Positions 48,286 to 59,240 of a DNA stretch of 64,000 nucleotides are shown piece by piece; position 1 is the stretch's first letter; every line of letters starts with the position of its first letter. The notes under the pieces are model-generated. The model was not told the DNA's origin. It searched no databases and saw only the letters and a program-made list of their open reading frames with translations. Both the position numbers and the translations under genes were made by a program. Source of the DNA: Centroscyllium fabricii (Eukaryota); the NCBI GenBank assembly GCA_051313645.2, contig JBNRSN020000002.1, positions 319,734,001 through 319,798,000 of the forward strand, written 5' to 3'.

Positions 48286-51200
48286 ACTAGTCAGAGTAGA
48301 AATAAAAGGGTATTTCAGATGAATATGTGGATAGAGGAATGCTGCAAAGGGTTCAAATTTCTGGGACATTGGAACCGGTTCTGGGGAGGCGGGACCAGTA
48401 CAAACTGGACAGTTTCCACCTGGGCAGGACCGAGACCGATGTCCTAGGGGGAGTGTTTGGTAATGCTGTTTGGGAGGGTTTAAACTAAAATGGCAGGTAG
48501 TTCGGAACCTGTGCAGGGAAACAGAGGAAAGGGAAGCAAGGATAGAAGCAAAAGACTGGAAGGAGAAAAGAAAAAGTGACAGTCAGAGAAATCAAGGGTT
48601 TAAATCAAACATGGCCACAGTAAATAATAATTCTAAAAGGTCTAAGAGTGTTAAAAAAAACAAGCCTGAATGCTTTGTGTCTTAATGCGAGGAGCATTCA
48701 TAATAAGGTGGATGAGGAGCTGTGCAAATAGATGTAAATGGATATGATATAATTGGGATTATGGAGACATGGCTCCAGGGTGAACAAGTATGGGAATTCA
48801 ACATCCAGGGGTATTCAATATTCAGGAAAGACAGGCAAAAAGGAAAAGTAGGTGGGGTAGCATTGCTAATTAAAGAGCGAATTAACACAATAGTAAGGAA
48901 GGATATTAGCTCTGATGATGTGGAATCTGTATGGGTAGAACTGAGAAATACCATGGGGCAGAAAACATTAGTGGGAGTTGTATACAGACCCCCAAACTGT
49001 AATGTGGAGGTTGGGGATGGCATTAAATGGGAAATTAGAGATGCATGCAATCAGGGCACAGCAGTTATCATGGGTGACTTTAATTTACATATAGATTGGG
49101 CTAACCAAATTAATTAAAATACTGTGGAGGAGGAATTCCTGGAGTGTATACAGGATGGTTTCCTGGACCAATATGTTGAGGAACCAACTAGAGATCAGGC
49201 CTCCTTAGACTGGGTATTATGTAATGAGAAAGGATTAATTAGCAATCTTGTTGTGCGAGGCCCCTTGCAGCGGAGCGATCATAATATGATAGAATTCTTC
49301 ATTAGGATGGAGAGTGAATTATTTGACTCAGAGACTAGGGTCCTGAATTTAAATAAAGGAAACTGCAATGGTATGAGGCGCGAGTTGGCTAGGATGGATT
49401 GGAGAATGTTACTTAAAGGGTTTACAGTGGATAGGCAATGGCAAACATTTAAAGATTGCATGGATGAACTACAGAATTTGTTCATCCCTGTTGAGCATAA
49501 AAATAAAACAAAGAAGGTGACTCAACCGTGGCTAACAAGGGATATTCGGGATAGCATATGATCCAAGCAGAGGACATATAAATTGGCCAGAAAAAGCAGC
49601 AAACCTGAGGATTGGGAGCAGTTTAGGATTCAGCAAAGGAGGAAAAAGGGATTAATTAAGTGGGGGAAAATAGAGTATGAGAGTAAGCTTTCAGGGAACA
49701 TAAAAACTGAATGTAAAAGCTTTTATAGACATGTAAAGAGAAAAAGATTGGTGAAGTCAAGCATAGGTCCCTTGCAGTCAGAATCAACGTAATTTATAAT
49801 GGGGAACAACGAAATGGCAGATCAATTAAATACATACTTTGGTTCTGTCTTCAGAAAGGACACAAATAACCTCCCAGATGTCGAGGAACATAGGGCATGA
49901 AATTGGCTGTCCTGCGCCTGCCCGTTAGTGTCCAAAAAGGGCGCAGGACACTTAGCGCAGCGCTTGCGCCTAGCGCGAAATTCAGATGGCGCTAAGGTGG
50001 GCAGTAACTGGTAGCGCCCTACTGAATTTCTCGCCCAGCTGGCTGACGGGAATGACGTCATCAGGTCGCGCAGCGCCATTCTGGTACCCGCGACTGAAAT
50101 TGGGCAGCGCCCGCTGAGATTTCACTGGGCTCTGCCCATGCCAGCTTTTTCTGGCCGTTACAGCAGTGGGGGAGTGCTGCTTAAAGGGGAGGGTGCCGGT
50201 TGGCCATTTTTATTGCTTGCCGACTGCCAGCACCTTCCCCCCTCTGCCTTCCCTGCTGCTCCCCCCGCGGTGTCAGGCCTCCGGCAACTCAGCCCAGCAC
50301 TTCCCTCCAGTGCCAAGCTCCTTGTGGTTAATGTCATCCCACAGCGGCCCCGTGGTGCTCCGGCCACTGCCGCGCTAGGCCCCTCCCCTTTAATCGGGGA
50401 GGAAGGCCTGCAGTACTGCAGGCCGTCACTCTGTGCTGTGTGGCACAGCGACTTCCAGTGCCCGGAACTTCAGCTGCAGCGCCCTAAGAATGAGGGCGGC
50501 CGTGTGTTTTAGTGTCCGCCCTCCTACTATGGGTGCTACAGGCAAACTTTAGCCCTAATGGCGCTACCTATCGCCAGGCGCTAAAAGTAGCGCTGTGCCG
50601 AGGTCAGTGCCACATGATATGCGCTGACCAATTTCTAGCCCATAGGGTCTAATGAGAGGGAGGAACTGAATGAAATCAGTATTTGCAGGGAAATGGTGTT
50701 CGGGAAATTGACGGAATTGAAGGCCGATAAATCCCCAGGGCCTGATAATCTGCATCCTAGGGTACTTAAGGAAGTGGCCCTAGAAATAGTAGATGCATTG
50801 CTGGTCATCTACCAAAATTCAATAGACTCTGGAACAGTTCCCATGGATTGGAGGGTAGCTAATGTTACCCCACTATTCAAAAAAGGTGGTAGAGAGAAAA
50901 TGGGGAATTGTAGACCAGTAAGCCTGACATCGGTAGTGGGGAAAATGCTGGAGTCCATTATAAAAGATGTAATAGCAGAGCACTTGGAAAACAGTGACAG
51001 GATTGAACAAGGTCAACATGGATTTACAAAAGATAAATCATGCTTGACTAATCTACTGGAATTTTTGAGGATGTAACTGGTAGAATAGGTAAGGGAGAAC
51101 CAGTGGATGTGGTGTATTTGGACTTTCAGAAGGCTTGCGATAAGGTCCCGCATAGTGTGTAATGTTAAAGCATATGGGATTGGGGGTAGGGTACTGACTT

Positions 51201-51950
51201 GAATAGAGAACTGGTTGGCAGACAGGAAGCAAAGAGTTGGAATAAACGGGTCTTTTTCCGAATGGCAGGCACTGACTAGTGGGGTACCGCAGGGATCGGT
51301 GCCAGGACCCCAGCTATTCACAATATATATTAATGATCTAGATGAGGAAACTCGATGTAATATCTCCAAGTTTGCAGATGACACAAAGCTGGGTGGGCGT
51401 GTGTGCTGTGAGGAGGATGCTGAGAAACTCCAGCATAATTAAGACAGGTTGGGTGATTGGGCAGATGCATGGCAGATGCAGTATAATGTGGATAAACGCG
51501 AGGTTATCCACTTTGGTGGCAAAAACAGGAAGGCAGATTATTATCTGAATGATAATAGATTAGGAGAAGGGGAAGTGCAACAAGACCTGGGTGTCCTTGT
51601 GCACCAGTCGCTGAAGGTAAGCATGCAGGTACAGCAGGCGGTTAAGAAGGCAAATGTTATGTTGGCCTTCATAGTGAGAGGATTTGAGTACAGGAGCAAG
51701 GATGTTTTGCTGCAGTTGTACAGGGCCTTGGTGAGACCACACCTTGAGTATTGTGTGCAGTTTTGGTCACCTTATCTGAGGAAGGATGTTCTTGCCATGG
51801 AGGCAGTGCAACGAAGATTCACCAGACTGGGGAGAAGGCAGGGACAGGGTACTGAATTTGGATGATCAGCCATGATCTCATTAAATAGCGGAGCAGGCTC
51901 GAGGGGCCGAATGGCCTACTCCTGCTCCTACTATGCTTCTATGTTTCTAT
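48286..51950 (+). mobile_element. CR1 LINE of the same subfamily as 27400-31758, with MITE insert and 3' internal deletion
   Basis: Colinear with 28470-31757; jumps from RRFTRL (~51830) to the tail. Confidence 0.92.
49893..50641. mobile_element. GC-rich Harbinger MITE (749 bp)
   Basis: TIRs GGGCATGAAATTGG / CCAATTTCTAGCCC; TSD ATA; repeated GGCGCTA/TAGCGC motifs near both ends. Confidence 0.9.
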
Positions 51951-51958
51951 GACTCTAT

Positions 51959-52711
51959 GGGCCGGATATTCCGATCCCTACGGGTGCGTACTCACTGTGT
52001 ACCCACTCGTAGGGACATCGGAAATGCTGGTTTCAGGCATGCACTGCACATTCGCTGGAAACCGGCATTTCCGATCTGTCATGAAAGCTCTTGACAGATC
52101 CTCCAGCTGCCTGGGAGAAGGGCCTCTGCGGGCGGATAGTTCCACTTTTTGGAGACCCTCCGCCCGCAGAAAACCCTTACAATTCTTGTGCCTGGTAAAA
52201 GCAGGCATAAGGCCTGCTTTTACCAGGATAAGAGTTGAAACAAATTGAAAAAAACAATTTCCACTGATTTATCATTTAAAAATACTTTAAGAAAGGTAAG
52301 TTTATTTTTAGTCCCATTAAAAAATTTAATTATTTTTTTCAAAAATTTAAATTTTTGTTTAAAATAGTTAATTTATGTAATTTCAAATCATTTTAAAAAT
52401 GTGATTTAAAAAATGTATTTGAAGTTTTACTGTGTTTTTGGGGGTGATGTCTATTCATATATTTGACAGGTCTTCCTGTCAAATGTATGAAGGGAGATTC
52501 CCTTCTCTGATTGGCTCCCCATGGCCCACGTGATCCCAGGGACGCTGCAAACTACCTGCGCCCCATGGATACGTGGGCCCTGCGCACCAGCAGTTTGGAG
52601 AGGCCCAGGATCGGAACTGTGCACCTCCCGGGATCCCTCAGGTAAGGGCGCAGATTTTTCCAGATTGTAGCCCTCCACCCGCGGGAGGCCTACGATCGGA
52701 ATATCTGGGCC
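51959..52711. mobile_element. Harbinger MITE (753 bp)
   Basis: TIRs GGGCCGGATATTCCGATC / GATCGGAATATCTGGGCC; flanks TAT/TCT; internal palindromes at 52191-52227 and ~52455-52491. Confidence 0.85.
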
Positions 52712-52714
52712 TCT

Positions 52715-52920
52715 GGGGGAAAAATTTAGTATCGCCCCATTTGGGCCGCCATTATCGGCCGTGCACAAAGTTTAGTGCCTGGCGCTAATTGTCGCCTCCG
52801 ACAGCAAACTTGGCTTTTATCGCCCTCGCAGGTGATTGGAGCGCTAAATCAGGCGCTTCACACCTGTCTTAAGGTGCAAATGCCGAGGAGTGAGGCGTTG
52901 CCTCAGAGCGCTGGCGAAGC
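52715..52920. mobile_element. Truncated Harbinger-type element end; reverse-complement relative at ~22190-22381
   Basis: GGGGGAAAAATTTAGTATCG.. matches the reverse complement of ..CGATACTGAATTTTTACCCC. Confidence 0.6.
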
Positions 52921-53178
52921 AAGGAAGGGCAAATCAAAATGAATATCGAGGCCCATCAATCAATTTTCTTAAGCCATTCCACCTTTATTAAAGTTAATCA
53001 TTAAGTTAACCTTAAGCCTGACTACTGGTCCTTCGGTTTTCTGACTCTCATGTCATATGAAATTTGATCATCCTGTGGTTGCTCTACCCTAGATGGTGCC
53101 TAGATTTCCATTTCCTGTATGTTGTCCAGGCCAGTTACTAATACCAAGCCAAAATTACTGTTGGTGCAACTGAACGTC

Positions 53179-53560
53179 GCTCGAAGTCCCGCTCCCGGGT
53201 CTGGCCTTTGCCTCCTCCGCTGCTCCTTTGAAGCCTGCCGCTCTGCTCGAAGTCCCGCTCCCGGGTCTGGCCCTTGCCTCCTCCGCTGCTCCTTTGAAGC
53301 CTGCCGCTCTGCTCGAAGTCCCGCTCCCGGGTCTGGCCTTTGCCTCCTCCGCTGCTCCTTTGAAGCCTGCCGCTCTGCTCGAAGTCCCGCTCCCGGGTCT
53401 GGCCTTTGCCTCCTCCGCTGCTCCTTTGAAGCCTGTCGCTCTGCTCGAAGTCCCGCTCCCGGGTCTGGCCTTTGCCTCCTCCGCTGCTCCTTTGAAGCCT
53501 GCCGCTCTGCTCGAAGTCCCGCTCCCGGGTCTGGCCTTTGCCTCCTCCGTTGCTCCTTTA
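53179..53560. repeat. 66-bp tandem repeat, ~5.8 near-identical copies
   Basis: Unit GCTCGAAGTCCCGCTCCCGGGTCTGGCCTTTGCCTCCTCCGCTGCTCCTTTGAAGCCTGCCGCTCT; 22-aa periodicity in three ORFs. Confidence 0.95.
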
Positions 53561-53581
53561 GTTCAACCTGCTGCACCTCTC

Positions 53582-56578
53582 ATGGCGGCGCGTGTATACG
53601 CTGCGGCTTTTGGTCCCGCCAGTTTTGGCAAACTAGTAGTTATCTGCATACTCATCCACGGACTGCTCGCCCAGTACAGCAGTACCAATCCATTTTACAC
53701 CAGACATGAGCTTCTGGTCATTGGAATACATGTCGGATCGCCGGATATTACCATCACTTTCGACGGTCCCAGTGACATCGTCAGACAACCGGGCTCACCA
53801 GGTCTGTTTACACTGCCTCCCAGGTCAAGGAGGCCCCGTAGGCGGCCGAGAGAACGCAGGCAAAAACGAGGCTGCAGAGGAGGCGCTAGAGGGAAGCTAA
53901 CCCAGGCTCCTCACCGCACCCCTCCCCCCAGCCTTCTCCTTGCTAATGTGCGGTCTCTGGTGAACAAAATGGATGAATTACGCCTATGGATTACAAACAA
54001 CAAAAGGATTATGGACACGAACATTCTGATCTTCACGGAAACATGGTTGCACGATGGTGTTCCAGACAGTGCGGTTGGGCTACAAGGCCTACACTGCAAC
54101 CGTTCGGACAGAACAGCTGACTGCGGTAAGATGCGCGGAGGAGGTCTGTGCATTTATGTTAACAACTCCTGGTGTACAGACACCACCACCATCGATAGTC
54201 ACTGTTCTGCCCACTTAGAATTTCTCATGGTTAAATGTAGACCCTTCTACCTGCCCAGAGAATTCACATCCATTATTACAACCGCAGCTTACATACCACC
54301 GGACGCTAATGCTAAGCTAGCTATGAAAGAACTGCATGCAGCCATTAGCAAACAACAGACACGACACTGGGAGACAGCCTTCATCGTTGCTGGAGATTTC
54401 AACCACTCCAACCTAAAGTCTGTTCTCCCCAAATTTTACCAACACGTTTCCTGCCCCACAAGAGGAGATAAGACCTTAGATCATGTTTACACTAACATCA
54501 AAGACGCATACAAGGCCCTCCCCCTTCCCCACCTGGGTCAGTCAGACCACACCTCTCTGTTCCTCCTACCAAAGTATCACCCCCTCATCAAGCGAGTCAA
54601 GCCCTCAATCAAGACAGTGAAAGTCTGGCCTGAGGGGGCAGACTCAGTACTACAGCATCAGCTCCAGTACACTAACTGGAGTAACTTCGCTGCAAAAGCC
54701 ACAGTGGACTCACACACTGACATCGACTCCTACACCTCCTCTGTCTTGGATGTCATCAATACTAACATCAATGATGCCACCATTATCAAACGAATTGCAA
54801 TCTTCCCAAACCAGAAGCCGTGGATGGACGGGCAGGTCCGACAACTGCTGAAGGCACGCAACATCGCCTTCAGGTCAGGGGACGCACAGGCCTACAGTCT
54901 AGCCCGGGCTGACCTGAAAAGGGGCATCAAAAGGGCTAAGCACAGCCACAAGCTTAAGGTGGAGGAGTACTTCAATGTCTCTGACCCTCGGCGCATGTGG
55001 CAGGGCTTGCAGGCCATCACTGACTTCAAATCCACCCACGCTTCCCCCCCGACCACCGACTCCTCCCTTCCAGATGAGCTAAACGACTTCTATGCTCGTT
55101 TTGACAGGGACAACCACGTGATGGCCACCAAGGCCACTATCCCTGCAAACCACCTTCCCCTCACACTCTCCCCCACAGATGTGTATGCTGTACTGAGCAG
55201 GACCAACTCACGTAAGGCTGCTGGCCCTGATGGCATCCCCGGACGTGTACTCAGCGCTTGTGCTGAACAACTGACCGGGATCCTGACCGACATTTTCAAT
55301 CTGTCTCTGGCCCAAGCAAAAGTCCCTACGTGTTTCAAATCGACCTCTATTGTGCCTGTTCCTAAACACGCCTCCCCAGTGAGCCTCAACGACTACCGAC
55401 CCATGGCACTCACCTCTACCATCATGAAGTGCTTCGAGAGGCTGGTCTTGGCTCATCTTAAATCATGCCTCCCATCCACACTTGACCCCTATCAGTTTGC
55501 CTACCGTCAGAACAGGAGTACGGATGATGCCATCTCAGCAGCACTACACCCTGCCCTCTACCATCTGGACCAGAGCAACACCTATGTGAGACTCCTGTTC
55601 ATTGACTTTAGCTCGGCATTCAATACTATCATCCCCTCCAAATTGATCACCAAGCTTGTTGGCCTTGGCATCAACCCCTCCCTCTGCAATTGGATACTGG
55701 ACTTTCTGACCAACAGACCCCAGCACGTCAGACTGGACAAGTACAAATCCTCGTCCCTCATCTTGAACACTGGTCTCCCACAGGGCTGTGTGCTGAGTCC
55801 CCTTCTCTACTCCCTCTTCACGCATGACTGCAATCCTGTCCATGGCTCAAACACCATTGCCAAGTTTGCAGATGACACCACAGTGGTTGGGCTCATCAGC
55901 AACAACGACGAGACGGCATACAGGGAAGAGGTCCAGCACCTAGCAGAGTGGTGTACCAACAATAACTTGGTACTCAACACCAAAAAGACCAAGGAGATTA
56001 TCGTGGACTTCAGAAGGAACAAAAAAGGCACGCACACCCCCATCCATATCAATGGGGAGGAGGTTGAGTGTGTCACCAGCTTTAAGTTCCTGGGAGTTCA
56101 CATTTCTGAAGACCTCTCCTGGACCACCAATACCTCAACTCTGGTCAAGAAGGCCCATAAGCGCCTCTTTTTCTTGAGGAAACTGGCTAAACTTCGCCTC
56201 TCCTCTCAGGTGTTGATGAACTTCTACCGCTGTACCATTGAGAGCATCCTTACCACCTGCATCTCAGTCTGGTACGGCAACTGTACCATCAGCGACCGAA
56301 AATCATTGCAGAAGGTGGTGAAAATCGCCCAACGCATCACCAAGACCTCGCTCCCATCCATCACTTCAGTCTATGAGAGGCGGTGCTTACGAAGGGCACG
56401 TAACATCATCGGAGACGCCTCTCATCCCAACCATGGACTGTTTATCGCCCAACGTGGCACTCGCACTGGGTCACGCTATCGCAGCCTCCCGGGCAGAACC
56501 AACAGGACTATTAACAGCTTCTTCCCCTCAGCTGTCAGATTGTTGACAAAGAACTCCACCCCATCTCATACTGCCTAG
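53582..56578 (+). CDS. Intact APE-endonuclease/reverse transcriptase ORF of a Rex1/Babar-type LINE (ATG at 53582; frame open from 53228)
   Basis: LANVRSL.NK, FTETWL, GGGLCIY, YIPP, AGDFN, TLDH.YTN, GQSDH; KAAGPDGIP, DYRP.ALT, QFAYR, FIDFSSAFNT, PQGCVLSP, KFADD, FKFLG; no stops. Confidence 0.92.
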   Translation: MAARVYAAAFGPASFGKLVVICILIHGLLAQYSSTNPFYTRHELLVIGIHVGSPDITITFDGPSDIVRQPGSPGLFTLPPRSRRPRRRPRERRQKRGCRGGARGKLTQAPHRTPPPSLLLANVRSLVNKMDELRLWITNNKRIMDTNILIFTETWLHDGVPDSAVGLQGLHCNRSDRTADCGKMRGGGLCIYVNNSWCTDTTTIDSHCSAHLEFLMVKCRPFYLPREFTSIITTAAYIPPDANAKLAMKELHAAISKQQTRHWETAFIVAGDFNHSNLKSVLPKFYQHVSCPTRGDKTLDHVYTNIKDAYKALPLPHLGQSDHTSLFLLPKYHPLIKRVKPSIKTVKVWPEGADSVLQHQLQYTNWSNFAAKATVDSHTDIDSYTSSVLDVINTNINDATIIKRIAIFPNQKPWMDGQVRQLLKARNIAFRSGDAQAYSLARADLKRGIKRAKHSHKLKVEEYFNVSDPRRMWQGLQAITDFKSTHASPPTTDSSLPDELNDFYARFDRDNHVMATKATIPANHLPLTLSPTDVYAVLSRTNSRKAAGPDGIPGRVLSACAEQLTGILTDIFNLSLAQAKVPTCFKSTSIVPVPKHASPVSLNDYRPMALTSTIMKCFERLVLAHLKSCLPSTLDPYQFAYRQNRSTDDAISAALHPALYHLDQSNTYVRLLFIDFSSAFNTIIPSKLITKLVGLGINPSLCNWILDFLTNRPQHVRLDKYKSSSLILNTGLPQGCVLSPLLYSLFTHDCNPVHGSNTIAKFADDTTVVGLISNNDETAYREEVQHLAEWCTNNNLVLNTKKTKEIIVDFRRNKKGTHTPIHINGEEVECVTSFKFLGVHISEDLSWTTNTSTLVKKAHKRLFFLRKLAKLRLSSQVLMNFYRCTIESILTTCISVWYGNCTISDRKSLQKVVKIAQRITKTSLPSITSVYERRCLRRARNIIGDASHPNHGLFIAQRGTRTGSRYRSLPGRTNRTINSFFPSAVRLLTKNSTPSHTA

Positions 56579-56838
56579 CCCTTGAAGATCATGAGATGCT
56601 ATTATGTTCATAACCTGTTTGTACATAAGACCATAGCGAATATAACTTTTATATAGTGTATTTCTAACGGCATTTTAACCTACTGCACTTACTGTATATA
56701 CTCTTTTACTGTATATTATTATTATATATATGCATATAACTGCTGTTTGCACTCTGGTTGGACACACCTAATTTCGTTGCATTTTACTTGTACTGTGCAA
56801 TGACAATAAAGCGAATCCAATCCAATCCAATCCAATCC
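56579..56838 (+). other. Rex1-type 3' UTR with stem-loop, AATAAA and (AATCC)5 microsatellite tail
   Basis: TTCGTTGCA...TGCAATGACAATAAAG followed by AATCC repeats. Confidence 0.8.
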
Positions 56839-57530
56839 AAAATGCAAACTGCCATTTATGGCTTCACTGAAGCACTGGGCCATGAAGCAGTCCTTTGGTA
56901 ACTTGAACTCTGAACAACATTGGGTAGAGTTTCCGCTTAGGGTGCAATCAGCAATCTGGGCGCAAATTGCATTCAAAATTATGCTAGTTTCTGAAGTGAC
57001 GTTATGATTCAAGTTTCCGTACAAACTCATTTACATAATCACAAACATAATCTTCCACGAACCAATGCAATCGGGCAGCGTAACAGAACGTAATTGTTTT
57101 TCTTTGCTTGCATTAAAAATATTAATTGATGTATTTAATAATAACTTGGGACAGTTTTATTAAATAGCTGAAAATAGGTTTATCACAAAAATTAAGCATT
57201 TTTAATCAGTGTGTCTAATCCACGTGTGAGTAACCTGATTTTAAATAACTGAAAATGATTTTTTTTAAACTATACAAAATCATTTGCTAGTTTCATTGGT
57301 GTACACTAGTCAGTTTCTTAGTAAATTAAATATGTTTTTAATATTTAAAAGTTTGTAAAAGATGCCTATTAGTGTGTATGTGCCTCATAAAACCAGCTTA
57401 ATTTTAAGAGACTCCTCGAAGGCTCCCAAACAGGCACAATTGGTGGAAACTCGCAATGGTGATTAGTTCCATCTGGAGGCGTGGTCAGTTTTGTGGTGTC
57501 AACTTCCAGCACGTTGGGGGGGATTTGGCA

Positions 57531-57923
57531 TGGTGGCACAGTGGTTAGCACAGTTGCCTCACAGCACTAGAGACCCAGGTTCAAATCCAGCCTCGGGTAC
57601 TATCTGTGTGGAGTTTGCACATTCTCCCCGTGTCTGCGTGGGTTTCCTCCGGGTGCTCCGGTTTCCTCCCACAGTCCAAAGATGTGCAGGTTAGGTTGAT
57701 TGGCCAGGATAAATTGACCCTTATTGTTAGGGGGATTGAATATGTGGGGTTACGGGGATAGGGTAGGATATGTGTCGATGCAGGTTCGATGGGGATATGG
57801 GGCCAAGGCAGGGGCGGGGTACTGAGTTTCGATGATCAGCCATGATCTCATTGAATGGCGGAGCAGGCTCGAAGGGCCGAATGGCCTACTCCTGCTCCTA
57901 GTTTCTATGTTTCTATGTTTCTA
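57531..57923 (+). mobile_element. HE1-like V-SINE with CR1 tail (copy 2)
   Basis: Colinear with 14102-14520. Confidence 0.9.
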
Positions 57924-58740
57924 TTTTCCCAAAGGTGTGGGAACCTGGTGGGGATTGGTCAGGTCGGGTTTCTGTCCCACCTGCACAAGGACCTGGAAAC
58001 CCGACACAATTTTCCATAAATTGATCAATTAAATCCCCGCGTGCGGGGAGCCACTTGCAATTGCCTGACTCTAATCTGCAATCAAGGCGCTGCAGCTGGG
58101 AGCGAGGACTTTGGTGGACAGTTGTAGGGACTGTCTGTTGACAGTTGCCATGGAAACACTCCATTGTGACATCACAATGGAGTGCAACCAATCACAAAGG
58201 CCAAGTGGTTTGAGTGACAGGTGGAAGGTCGCGCTGCAAATCTTTGACAGTTAGGGACTGTCTCTCAACCCATCTTTCAAGGTAAGTTTTTTCTGCACAG
58301 ATGGCCCTCAGAAAAGGGAGTTACACCTCCAGGGTGTTGAAGGCCTGGAAAACATTCTGCTCTTGGTCCTTCAATGCCTTGAAGGTGAAAGTGACCAAGG
58401 CCACTGTGCTCCCGCTGGGTTTCATCAGCAGGGTTTCAGGATGGCGGGGTTTGGGTGGGAAGGGGTTTAAAATAGGTGAGGGCCCTTAAAATGGCATTAT
58501 CCAGTCCAATTAAAGGCCCTCAATTCGGGACGGTGGGACACGCCGCCCGAAACTTACAAGCCGGCGGCGATGGGGAGGCGGGGGTCGGGACCCCCGTTTC
58601 ACGATTTTAGGCCCCGCCCCACTGGAAAGCCGCCCTCACAGACCCGCAAAAATCCTCCCCCAATGTTTTTTAACGAGCGCAAAAGAACGCGGAAACTCGA
58701 TTTGCACTGGAGGTAACTTGCGCTTGATATTGCTCGATCA

Positions 58741-58910
58741 GTTTCCTCCCACAGTCCAAAGATGTGCGGGTTAGGTTGATTGTCCAGGATAAATTGACCC
58801 TTAGTGTTAGGGGGTTAAATATGTGGGGGTTACAGGGATAGGGTGAGATATGTGTCAGTGCAGGCTCGATGGGCCGAAATGGCCTCTATCTGCACTATAG
58901 GGATTCTATG
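58741..58910 (+). mobile_element. 5'-truncated V-SINE
   Basis: GTTTCCTCCCACAGTCCAAAGATGTGCGGGTTAGG..GGGATTCTATG. Confidence 0.8.
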
Positions 58911-59040
58911 ATCTTTTGTGCTGGTTTGGCCAATTGTAGACGAACCGAGCAGAAGTGCTAGCCATTTATATTTAAAATTGTTTGATTGAAGTTATCCATT
59001 AGAATAACTTTCCTGTTTGGGTAAACCTTTAAAAAAAATT

Positions 59041-59240
59041 AGAACTACACATCAATGAACTGATAACTAAGAGGGCATTAATAACTAGAAATAGATGTAG
59101 AACTGGACATTAATCACTAGAGCTGGTTATTAGTGATCAGTAGTGGCTATTAATACCCAGAACTAGACATGAACTATTAATAACTGGATGAACTATTAAT
59201 AACTGGACATTGATAACCAGATACAGTTCTGGACATTCTA
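59041..59240. repeat. Degenerate ~17-20-bp minisatellite
   Basis: Recurrent AGAACTGGACATTAATAACT-like units. Confidence 0.55.

Larger units (their letters stand above)
56922..58963. mobile_element. Degenerate Harbinger-type non-autonomous element with nested SINEs
   Basis: Imperfect TIRs GGGTAGAGTTTCCGCTTAG / CCGAGCAGAAGTGCTAGCC with ATT on both flanks. Confidence 0.5.

Noticed and set aside
53179-53560. CRISPR-like array
   Set aside because: Units are contiguous and identical with no unique spacers; no cas genes; eukaryotic context.
53100-53709. Repetitive proteins from ORFs 53100-53576(-) and 53119-53709(+)
   Set aside because: By-products of a stop-free 66-bp repeat.
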